DNA of 63,380 bases, the filler included, from Cercozoa sp. M6MM (lineage: Eukaryota > Protista > Endomyxa: Ascetosporea): assembly GCA_040357565.1 (NCBI GenBank). It is 9 parts of 9 records of this genome, joined end to end, with 100 filler letters (N's around TTAATTAATTAA, not from the genome) between each part and the next. Parts side by side here need not be neighbours in the genome. Positions count along the whole stretch, not along the records: positions 15,685 to 31,507 come from JBDODJ010000299.1; positions 31,608 to 56,942 come from JBDODJ010000154.1; 7 more parts are not named here. One strand, 5' to 3'. The position numbers were made by a program, and so were the translations under genes. Under the pieces are notes generated by a model. That model was given only the letters and a program-made list of their open reading frames with translations, was not told where the DNA came from and made no database searches. Positions 27,299 to 39,025 of this stretch are shown here, one piece after another. Each line of letters opens with the position of its first letter. The stretch's first letter is position 1.

Positions 27299-29144
27299 CT
27301 AGTGCGCAGACGGCAGGATGTTATCGCCGAGTGCCGACACAACGAGACTCTTGGCAACATCGGCGGAGCTGTCGGCTCGACTCGGGTCGGCCAGCAGCGG
27401 GTTCACCTCAACGCAGTCCATGCTTCCGAGCATGCCTGTGTTCCGACAAACTCATGAGCATCTCAACAGTTGCAAAAGACCAGGGGGGGATTTATGTACC
27501 CGTGTTGTGCAACTCCTCGCAGATGAAGTGCGCCTCTCGGAACGACAAGCCTGTGGTGCCATATATAGGATTAGAAGACATGAATAATACATGCGTGCGT
27601 GTGTGTGTGTGCGCGTGTGTACCGCCACGCACGGCCGTGCCGGTGGCAGGCACGTACAGCGGATCCACGGCGTCGACGTCGAAGCTGAGGTGCAGCGGAC
27701 GCTCTCCGTCCTGTAGTTTCATCATCCCTCAAATAGGACACGGAGTGTCTCTGAAATTTACCTCGGTCAGGTGAGACACGACACGCTGCATGACACCGCC
27801 TACGCCGACCAAGACACGCACACATACACACACATGCATACACACATGTACACACATACACACATGTACACATACACACGCATACACATGCACAGACACA
27901 CTCGCAAGAAACACTGCGTTCTACCGATGCCGAAGCGATCGACGTCGTGCATCGTGTAGTAGCGAATTCCCGACTGTATACAGCAGTGCGCGCACATACA
28001 CACACGCACATACACACACACACACGCACACACACACACACACACACAGACACACACACACAGCCAGCCCAGCAGGAGCAAAGGCACAGGAGGAGGTGAG
28101 CAGGGTGTACCTCCAGGATGTGCACTTTCTCCTCGTACTCGAGGTCGCGTAGACCGACGTAGACGAGGTCTTTGGGCGACAGCGGCGGCACCCACTCACC
28201 TGCATTCACCCACGCGTGCCGGCATACACAAAAGACACACAACAGAGTAGTCAGAACAGGCACCGTCCTTCGCAAAGTAGTCGAACAGCCAGTCGAATCC
28301 CGGCACCTCGCGAGGGTCCTGTGTGTGTATGTGTGTGTGTGTGCACACACGCACGAAGAGGGAAAGAGGAGGACGTGCTACCTGCAGGCCGGTGAGGAAG
28401 GAGAGCACCATACCGTGGATGTTCTTGGAGGGCGAAGTTGCCGCCGTGTGGATGTCGGCGTGCGCGTCCACCCAGCACACACCGGCGTTCGGTCGGGCTG
28501 CACATACACACCCCATGTAGTACATGTCACACAAACACAAGTGCAGGTGCGCGCGCGCGTGTGTGTGTGTGTGTGTGTACCGCGCAGCATGCCGGCAAGC
28601 GAGCCGATGCCGACGCTGTGATCTCCGCCGAGCACGAGCGAGAAGTGTCCTTTGTGGCACACCTCATGCACCTTCTCGGCCAGCATGTGGTTCGCCTTGC
28701 CCACTGCCTCGGCGTGGTGCGCCACGAACGGTCTCTCGTCATCTGCAGCACGGCACTTGGTATCACAGACACGCACCCAGACAGAGCCATCTCATGTCAA
28801 AACTTACGGCGAGGAGTGCTGGAGGAGATCACAATGTCGCTCTCTACCAAAGCCAGAGACCAACAGCATGCCAGTCACCATCAATTAAGGGGGGGTCAGA
28901 AACGTGCTACCAATGTCGCCTTCGTCCACAACGCGCCAACCCCAGTTCATCACGTCTCTGCCGCACAAAAGCACAAGAGCACAAATGCACAAGAGCACAA
29001 ATGCACAGGAAGGACCAGGAATCCCACAGCAAGCATAATGGAAAGGCAGTACTCGGCAAGGCCGTGCTCGCGCAGCTGTTTTGGGCCGAGTTCGACACCG
29101 ACGCGCGGCTGTCCGAGCGAAAAAGGTGCGCCCACGATGCTCTG

Positions 29145-29192
<48 letters not shown>

Positions 29193-29202
29193 NNNNNNNN
29201 NN

Positions 29203-29288
<86 letters not shown>

Positions 29289-29404
29289 CATACACACATT
29301 ACGGAAAGGTGGAATCCTGATACCACAGTCTGCGGCACCGACAGGTAGGGAGCGGCACGAGCCACGTGGGAGATCTTACGCATCTGACGCAACGTTGCGC
29401 TCAT
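27299..29404 (-). CDS. ARG: Arginase (13 exons), possible mitochondrial presequence
   Basis: Fully spliceable: [70 protein letters not shown]; Arg-rich N-terminus lacking acidic residues. Confidence 0.96.
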
Positions 29405-29821
29405 GGTTTCGACAGACTTCCTGGTGCAAGCTATACAAAATCAGAAACTGCGGCATAACGAGCTGAAGATGAAGAAAACCCACGACTTCTTCGAGTTTAC
29501 TACAACCACCTCACTACTGTATGCTAGCTGCAAAGAGAAACGCAGACCAGACTTTGCTGACAGAATCGGCAACAATAAAGTGATTAATGCTTGCTGTTGC
29601 TCAGTTGTTTCTTCAGCAAAGGTGACGCAACATGCTTGTCGCACTTCTGGCTCGCATCGAAAATTCTGCCTGGGACAAAATACTAAATTGTGCTGATTTC
29701 AGTCCAAATAGAAATGATATTCAAAATTATCGGCTCAGACAAAACCCTGAAGAAATAGTAACATAATTGACAATACAGAGAGTGTAGGCGTGTGTGACTT
29801 CTGTCTATATTTGTCCACACT

Positions 29822-31450
29822 ATGTCAGGAGAGCTGAAACTCAAAATTGCGCAGCTCTTGTCAGCGCCTGATGACGAGCACAAGTATCCTCTTTGTATTT
29901 GCCTCCATGAGCCCCGGGTGGGCAGACACGGAGTTTACACGTTTCTGTAGATTTGCTGGTTTGTTGTTGTTGTCACGTCTGCAGTCGGAGTCGGCGGAAC
30001 AGGGTACTATACAGCGATACGTACATGATATTTTGTATGTGATTGAATACGCAGACAACAAGTGGATGCGTGACGCGTACCTCCAGTGCGGCAGCGCGTT
30101 TTTCCGACGATTACTGCGCAGCTCCGAAGTACAAGGATTTTTGGCTATCTTGAAAGGACTGTATTAACACTGATGCTGCCTTGTACACAGTCGCAGGCGC
30201 GTCACATTGCCTTGCATGTGATGGCGAGGTATGTGTTTCTTACCATGACATGTGTGGTATGTATGTGTATGTGTGTCTGGTGTGTATGTGTGTGTATGTG
30301 TGTTGCAGAGTCTTTGTGACGCAGTCGCAGGAAGCTTTGGCACTGGCGCTGGCGTTTGCGCCCGACGCCGCGCTGCTGCTGCCTGCTGCTGCCGGTACAC
30401 CATGCCCAGTCATCCGGCTCTGTGTCATGCCCCCTACCCTGTGACCTTCCTGACCTTCTCGTGTGTATGAGTGCAGAAACTCAGAGTGAGGAGGCGAGAG
30501 ATGCAACGCAAAGTGCCATCATGGTTGCTTTATCTCTGTGTACATGTCTGTACATGTCTGTATGTCTGTGTATATATGCGTGTATGTATACTATCCAAAG
30601 ACACTTCGTGCGGTGGCCGTGGCCGCTGCGATCTCAGGACCAGTCGAGCGTACGACTTTCTCGATACCCAGACTGTGTTTGTGTTTGTGTACCTTTACTT
30701 TTTGCATGGATGTGTTTTTTCTCAGTCAATGCACTGCGTCGTGTGCTACCTGCGCATACCCTGGAGGTATCCTCACCTGTCCATTCCTACCCTCCCTCCT
30801 ATACCCCTGTGTATTATGTATGTGTGTGTGTTGCAGGTGCTGGCCAATGTGGCAGCCAGTGCCGAAGACACCTTCGCGAGCGAGTGCGCTGCGCAGTGCG
30901 CCGAGCTGCTGTGCGACACCGGCGACGCCAGCGTTTCTTCCGGCGTCGACGACGAAAGCGACGGTGAAGGCGACGTCGACGACGGTGCTGCCACTGGCGA
31001 CGATATCTGCATGCTCTCGCACATGGCGCTCACTCGCGCTGGTACCTTCTCTCTCTCTCCATGCGCGCGCGTTTGTGTGTGTATTTATGCGTGTGTATGT
31101 AGCCATGCGAGCACTGACGCAGTTCCAGCGAATGCAGGAGGAAGTCTCCGCGCAGCTTCCCAAAAGAATCGTTGTCGAAACTACTGAGAGTCAAGCACAG
31201 GAAGCTGAGGAAGCACACGAGGCACAAGAAGCAGAGACACCTGAGGCAGTCGATTCAGTCGAGGAGGAGGAGGAGAAGGAGACAGAAGCCGCTGCCAGGC
31301 AGCGCGAGCAGGCACGACAGGCCGACCGATGCCAGAAGCAGCACGCGCTGCTCGCACTGTCGCGTGTCTTTCGTGTCGCTTTCGCCGCGCTGCGATTGTT
31401 CATCGTCGACACCAGCGAGGCCCACAATGGTGTCTTTCAACCCATGTCTA
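29822..31450 (+). CDS. Neurochondrin-like ARM-repeat protein (3' truncated)
   Basis: MSGELKLKIAQLLSAPDDEHKFAGLLLLSRL...DAYLQCGSAFFRRLLRS...IALHVMARVF resembles the neurochondrin N-terminus (DEx[KR]xAGLLL; GxxFLxRLLRT). Confidence 0.72.
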
Positions 31451-31452
31451 AA

Positions 31453-31507
<55 letters not shown>

Positions 31508-31607
31508 NNNNNNNNNNNNNNNNNNNNNNNNNNNNNNNNNNNNNNNNNNNNTTAATTAATTAANNNNNNNNNNNNNNNNNNNNNNNNNNNNNNNNNNNNN
31601 NNNNNNN

Positions 31608-31658
<51 letters not shown>

Positions 31659-32514
31659 GACAGGAACGCACCGTATGAGAACGTAATGGAGTGACTGTAG
31701 AAGGCCGCACGAGCTGCCGCGCCAAGCAGTCAAAATAACACTTCAACTGAGCTTTAGATACAGTAAATTGTAAGGAAACATACAGACCTTGCGACACACG
31801 TGTTGGCGACCTCCGTACGGCGACGTCAGCGACTGGCCTTGGGTGCCGCTGTCGAAACATGGGCAAGGTAAACTGACAGTAGGACCAGATTTGAGAGTGT
31901 GTGCACGGTACCAAGCAGCGTGAAGCACGACATCAGTGGAAGGAACGCCAGCGGCAGTGGCGGCGACAGACTGGTTGGCAGGGCACGACGCTGAACAAGG
32001 GGAAATTGGCACCGGGGGGGTGGGGGGGGGGGGGGCAAGGTGATGTATATTTAGCAGCTGAATTCAGCTCGGGTCCGGGAAGTGCGTGTGTGTGTGTGAG
32101 AGATCGAACATATCGAACATAAGTTTAGTACACGAATGCTCGTAGCACGTGACCGCGTACTGTCCTGCAGGAGTCTCGTGCAGCACGGCAGTGCAGCGCT
32201 GTTGCTTGCCAATGTCGTCGACGGTGTCAGCGATGCAGTCCTGCTCAGTGAGAGAGTGCCATGCATTGTATTGCGCCGGAACTCTGGGGACCGAAGGAAG
32301 GGGGGAAGGTGAGAATGCAGTACGGTCATGGCGCCGCGCAGAGTGAACTCACTGCTGCCCGAGGAGAAGGTCGCCTGGTCGGAACCAAGAGTGCATCCAG
32401 TCAATAACGAGTAACGAGGCGAGGTCCATCGACTGGAGGTAGTACCGAATGAGAGGCGCAGGAGGCAGCGAGCGCACTCGACGCAGCCAACAACGTAGTC
32501 AACACAAGCTTCAT
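31608..32514 (-). CDS. Secreted hypothetical protein, 5' part
   Basis: MKLVLTTLLAASSALAASC signal peptide followed by several short Cys-containing exons. Confidence 0.45.
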
Positions 32515-33129
32515 GCTGTCGCTGAGCGCGCACTGAGAGAAGAAACTAAAGAGGAACAAGGCAAAAACAACAAAATATGAGTGGTGTGAGTGTGACGCGA
32601 ACCGGAGCGAGCGCTGTTCTCTCACTCGGTACCTCCTGCAAAAACAGGCACGTGCGATTGCAAAACGGCTGCAACTGACCGACTGGATCGTTTCGTTTCG
32701 TTTCAAGCCAGCCACGTGCTTGGTACTAACGATACGATCAGCGATCCACGCAACCACGGGTGCTCCGATCAGGTACCCAATTCTCTCGTTGGGAGTTGCA
32801 TTAAGTTTAATTTTAATTCACCGCCGTGGTCAGAGATCGCAACGCCGTGCCGTACCTTCTAGCTTGTACGGAGCTCGGGTTTTTAATACCCGGAGTATGG
32901 ACGATCGATCACTCCATCAATTCAGTGGATTTAGTTCAGGCCATCTGCCAAGGCTCGCGCTGTTTGGCGACGTGCTGAAGAAAATCGAACTGTCTAGCGA
33001 GCTTACTTCTAAACAGGGGAGTTTAGGAAGGTTATCTTGGTGGGCTGCACTGTGTCCCCTGTCCGGCGTCGTTGAAACGGCAGGGCGGGCAACAAAACAA
33101 AGCAAAAAGAAGTAGGGGAGGTCCAGGAC

Positions 33130-33288
33130 CAGGAGACTAGCTCGCCGATCCCGCTGTAGAGATTAGAATCACCACGACACCCGAAGGCGAGGTGAACGCG
33201 TCACAGACGACCAAGTGCAGGAGGCCCTGCTCAGCGCTACGGGGAGGGCCTGCGTGATCACCCAACCCCGCAATGATCCAGGTAAGTT
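33130..33288 (-). ncRNA. U1: U1 spliceosomal snRNA
   Basis: 5' AACUUACCUGG; helix H GGAUCAU/GUGAUUC; SL-I with loop GAUCACGCAG (U1-70K site); SL-II loop UCCUGCACUU (U1A-like UGCAC); SL-III with a cUUCGg loop; terminal stem-loop; about 159 nt. Confidence 0.88.
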
Positions 33289-33350
33289 ACTTTACCTCGG
33301 ACCAGGGCACTTTACTATTTTGAGCTGCTGCCTGCGTCAACCAACACAGG

Positions 33351-33360
33351 TCATGGGTTA
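33351..33360 (-). promoter_or_regulatory. Putative snRNA upstream sequence element (TAACCCATGA) at about -63 to -72 of U1
   Basis: Position and ACCCAT core resemble USE/PSE elements described for ciliate and other SAR snRNA genes. Confidence 0.45.
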
Positions 33361-33554
33361 CTCGATCCGACCCCAGAAATCATCTGAGAAAGGGTCTTGA
33401 CTCGGCAAACTAAGATTGCCTCTAAACCTGGCCTACCAACTGACATTGAAAACTGAACCCGTCCCGGTCCGTCGGTCCATTAATCACCCCAGCGTCGGCT
33501 ATCGGTCCGGCACAGCACGCTCAGGTAACGTTAGATGCGATGTCAATGATCGCG

Positions 33555-34593
33555 TCATCGTCGCTGCTTGCGCGCAGACTGGCCCGGCAGCGATTTGGGC
33601 AGCTTGCGAGCCGGCTGTCGGCGTTTCCGCCGGTTCGGCGCGGTCTTGGTGGTCTTGGAGGCGACGGCCTCGTGGACCTGCACTGCCAACGGCTGCGGCA
33701 AAACGGGCTCGTACTGAAGCACTCGTTCGCGTAGTGCGTCAATCAAGCTGAAAAGCACTTCGGGTGGCACTTTTGACAGGTCCATCTGTTCAGACCAACC
33801 ACAGAGCATGCTCGAGAGATACCAAACACAGAAGGTCCAGGCATACCGATTGCTTTGCATTGTCAGCATCCGGGTCTGTGAGTGCCTCCGGTGCCTGCTG
33901 TTTCAGACTCTCCATGATTTCGACAAATTCTTCGGGAGTGCGCAAACTGCGCAAGAGCGACACAAAATGCGCTCGTTCCTCTCGCAGTTGAACCTCATCG
34001 CTCGAGACGCTTTTTCGGCGCCGTGCTTCCTCTCGCACGAGCTGCTGCTCTATGCGCACTTGCTGCTCGTGCAGCCACGTCAGCATCTTGCGTGCTTCAC
34101 TGCAAGAGCACAAAATTCAACAGAAACACATAGACAACAAACAAACAACACTGAAAACTGAGCAAACACTACTCATTGTAAGGTGTGCCTGCCTTCACAA
34201 AGTGCGTGCAGTTCACGAACACTAATCGCAACTCGGCCAGGAATTCGCGAACCGTGCGGTACTCGCTGCGAGTCAGTTTGTGCGAAACATCATTGAGACA
34301 CGTCGCATGCGCGATCTTCTTTTTGTATTGTTTCCATAACTGCGCAAACCACCCAACACTAAAACCACCCAACACAATTACGTCAGGTGAGGAACACAAT
34401 TACGTCAGGAGGTAACGTGTCTTTCGGGTGACGGACAAAACTGTCGCGGAACGGTTCACCTATCTCCTCCTGTGCTCATGCACGAATGGGCAGGTACGTA
34501 TGCAGAACAAACTCCGGTCATGCACGAAAGGGCAGGCATGTGCACCTGCGTTGCCTTCAACAACGACTCACATTCTCTGAATGCAGAAGACAT
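33555..34593 (-). CDS. Single-bromodomain + ET-domain protein (BET/GTE-like)
   Basis: MSSAFRECESLLKATQ|EEIGEPF...YKKKIAHATCLNDVSHKL...YRTVREFLAELRLVFVNC (bromodomain), then EERAHFVSLLRSL...MDLSKVPPEVLFSL (ET-like). Confidence 0.75.
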
Positions 34594-34823
34594 CTAGCGT
34601 GGCGATCATACACCAAAGCACACGCTGGCGGTGTGATTCAGCTCAATCGAGCAGTAAAATGTGTTTTATTTTTAGGAGCGCCGATTAACCAGCACGATTC
34701 CTAGCAGCTCTCAAGCAATCTATTGACGTTATCGATGTGCCAGCACTTTTTCTAAGTCATTTTGTCAAGAGAGTCGTTGTTCTACATCTGCAGTCTGGGC
34801 GTTGAATATTTCAAGGGGCGCGG

Positions 34824-36816
34824 ATGGCTGGCATCGCGACGCAGTTGTCGTTGGAAAAGAAACATCACCTGTTCGCACGATTTCTCAACGATGTGAGAGG
34901 TACCTCTGGATTTGCACTTGAACTACGCTTGACTTATGCACTTCCGTGCTCAAAGGTGAGTCACCGCAAGGTCTGCTGCAAGCATTGTCTTCAGTTGAGT
35001 CGTGGCCCTTGGGAGAGAGTTTCGAGCCTGAACTGAACGGCATTGCAACAACACCGAGTGTGGATAAAGCGTCTCCTCCAAATGTGATCGAGCTTATTGA
35101 AGAAGATGACGGGTTCGTGACGGTGCCAGTGTCACATATCATCGACGACAAGAAAATCTGCTCGTTGCGTGATGGCTTGAACGAGCAGTATTCAAGTGAG
35201 CGAGAAGCGGCCACACTGAACGAACGTCTGGTCCACGCAGGTGCCAAACGCGAAAATTGCCGGTCTCTCGCATTGTTTCTGCTGTATGTGCGTTCACTGC
35301 CGGATGCGCTGGGATACGTGTAAGATACACTTCTATCTGTCCACTGTCTAGTTACATCGCTGCCTCATGTGCCAAAAACAGAGAAGGACGTGCTATTCTG
35401 CAACGAAGCTTGTCGCAATTGTTGCCAGAAGCAAGTCAAGCGAAACTACGCGCTGCCTTCCTCGCACTTCGTCTGCGCTTTCGCGGAGGTAAGGTGCCCG
35501 GGGGGGTAAGAATACAGGGAAAGAACAGGGAAACTTGTTGTGCAGAGACACCGCAGCAGCGAGCTTTGTGTCGCTGGTTGAATCACGCGCTCGAGTGGCA
35601 CTTTTTGCGACTACTGTCGCAACTCGCGCTGCAGCAGCGCGATCGCGAGGAGTACGGGGACGTGCTTGATTCGCAGTCGCTCTACGTATTGCTTTCGTCT
35701 TAATCAGTTGTTGCATTTGCATGCGTACATGTGCATGTGGCTCAGAGAGGTCTGCTAGACGATAACGAGAAACTATCAACAACACTGGTCAAGCACATTC
35801 GACGTTCCTTAAGGTACTCTGGTGTGTGTGTGTGTGTGAACTTTATGCAGTGTCTTTACACGATTCGGCACGAGTAGAGCAGTCGCGCATGCGCACACAG
35901 ATGCCGTGTTGGCACTGATTCACGCCGAGTTTCTTGTGCACCCTGTAAACTGCACCTGCCTTGTGTCGACATATTGCATGTGTGTTTATCGGTGTCTTTT
36001 TACAGTTGTGCACACCGCTGATATCGGCGTCGTCGCTGGTCGCTTTGTCGGTACGCTCTGACTCCAGCTGAGTTGATTTGAGTCACGACATTCACTTTCC
36101 ACTGTGCGAGAGTAGGCTCAGTTGGCAACACTGCTGCACTTTGCCCTGCAAGTGCCGGCGCACGCAGTCGATGCAGAGCGACGATCGCACGGCGACTGGC
36201 AACTCAAGTTGCAGGCCACTGTATTACGCGCTTTACTTGTCTCACCCTACCATCTTGCTGAGTGGTTCTTCTTGTCTGCAGGTGTTCCTCATCAGCGACA
36301 TGACACGAGACCTCGGTGCCAGTGTGCCAAAGAAACAGCAGCAGAGAAAGCGACGACACGTTGTGCAGCACAATAACTGGACGCGACACTGTACCTTGCT
36401 TGTTCCTATGTCTGCCAATCTGACTGCCTGCTCAGGGTCCTCGGCCTCGTCGATCGCAACAGCCAAGGCGCAGCACCGGCAACAGCTGCAGCGGCTGCCA
36501 CTATTGCTGGTGCAGTGTGTGCGCGGACACTCGCGCAGTGCGCACGTCAACGCCGCATGTATCCTTTCATGCTTTTGTTTATCTTCGATGATAATAGTAA
36601 TGTGTAGGCTTGCTGGCACTGGCTACGATGCTGCGATTGGACACGCTCTTCTTTGACGCCAACGACACAGCCGACGTGCGCATCGCACTAGAGCAGGCAC
36701 TGCTCAACGAGCGCATTCGACTGAGGGACACGCAGCGTGTTACGGACCTGCTGCAGGAACTACCTTACCTTGTGGCACACATCGGTACCGAACAGTTTAA
36801 CTCTCTATGTGTTTGC

Positions 36817-36865
<49 letters not shown>

Positions 36866-36980
36866 TATTTGCATTTATGTATAGGGCTGTTCAGTACGTC
36901 GCTGTCATTGTTCCGGATGCTGCGTCGTGTGCTTTTGATCTGGCGACCGCGTCTGCCGGACTATCCGTACCAATGTTCTT

Positions 36981-37035
<55 letters not shown>

Positions 37036-38912
37036 CGCACACACACACACACACACACACATGAGTGGTCTGTCCGTGTAGTGAGGCCGACCAGGACATG
37101 ACTGAAATCTTGTTGAACGACGAGACACAGGAGGCACAGTATCTGCGCGCACCTCACAACGATGCGACCGAACCTGTGTGGCCGTCCATGACGGCACAAC
37201 TCGCACTGGTACACTCTGCAACTGTCGTGCAACTAACACTCTGGGTTACCTTTCATCCCTCTCGTTAGATGTCACTGTTTGGAGAATGCGTTCCACGCAA
37301 GCGACAGGTACGTGGGTGTCTCCTTAGACGAGTCTCTGCATGTGCATGTTGCATATGTGTGTATGTGTGTGCAGGTGATGGAGTGCCTGTTGGGCAGTTG
37401 TGTGCGTCGCATGCGCAGCTTCGCGCGTGCACTCGACATCAATGCCACCCGTGTGTTGGTACCACTTGTGTGTGTCTGTGGGTGCGTGTGAACTCTGTGT
37501 CTGTAGACAATGGGTATGGGTGTGTGTGTGTGTGCAGCCAAAGCAAGTGGCAGCTATGGCGCCGTTCCATGTGACAGTGCTGCAGTGTGTCGCCGCTGTC
37601 ACTGCCGAGTTGGTACGCCAGGTTCGACTTGTTTGACTTTGTGTATCACTCAGACTGTGCACTGCAGGTGACTGACACGTCGGACGAAGGTTCCGACAGC
37701 GTCTCTACGTTTACGAATGGCATCTTGTCACACCTGGACGATGCCCTCCGCAGCGCATTTACGACGCTGCACCGCATGCGGTACCTTTCCCTTTTCTTTC
37801 TTTGGTGCAGGGTGTGCACACTGGAGTCTGCACACAGCAAGACCAACACAACGACGGAAGTGTCCAACTCCGACACCTTTGTGTTCCCACAACTGTACGC
37901 TTCATCAATGTCGGTCTCGTCTGTGTCGTCACCTGCACTGTCACCTGCACTGTCACCTGCCTTGTCGTCTACGTCGTCGCCACTGAGCGACGGTTTCGGC
38001 CGAGGCGTCGCACTGGCCCTAATGACGGCGACACCTGTGATCACACCGGCGTGGAGTACGCTATGCAACGTGGCCGTGCCTGTGCTGCTTGATATGCACG
38101 CGCACCTGTGCCTCGACCTGTCGCGATTCGCGCTGCCGCTGCTGTCGTCGCTGGTCGGGCACGAGACTGCCGACGATGCGCTTGCAGCCTTGCGTACCAC
38201 GAGACCTCCGACTGTATGAAACTGTGACCGATAGGTGCGATATTGTAGGTCGCAACGCTGCACAATGTCGCCAGGCACAGCGCAGCTTTGTGTCGCACGT
38301 CGATGCGAGTGCCGTGTCCTCGGTGCTCCCGGTGCTGTCACGTGCTGCTGCACGATACGTCAACTGTGCCTGTGATGATGTCGCCGTTGCTGCCGTACCT
38401 ATACCGTGGTCTGTGCTGTCCCATTTGTGCATTACTGTTGTTTTCTTGCAGGTATCCGGCGTGTGGCTGCGTGCGCACCATTCGCACCTGTTCCACCGTG
38501 CCACATTGTTCCTACATGCCGAGATCGGGTGGGTCACTATGCCTTCATGTTTTTCTAGGTGTATGTTTCTGGATGCAATGGTAGTCGACTGGAGCGAGCG
38601 TCGCAGTCGTCGGATGTTTCTTCAGCGCTGACACGACAGCTCCTGTCTCTGCGTCTCTGTGTGAGACGTGTCCGTGCTGCCGGTAGATTGCCCTGTCGAT
38701 CACTGCATGTCAGGAGATATTCCTATTTGCCGTAGGAACGAGATGCTATGCCAACGTGGCAGAGTTCCTGGCGGGTCTCCTCGTGGGTGAGCTTTGTTTC
38801 AACTGTTGGTACGCAGCTCATGACGGTTTATACCTGCACAGAATCGGGTGCACTGACGCGAAGTACAGTTTTAACTGTCATCCCACTCGTTGCTGACACT
38901 GTGATTTACCAC

Positions 38913-38964
<52 letters not shown>

Positions 38965-38974
38965 NNNNNNNNNN

Positions 38975-39025
<51 letters not shown>

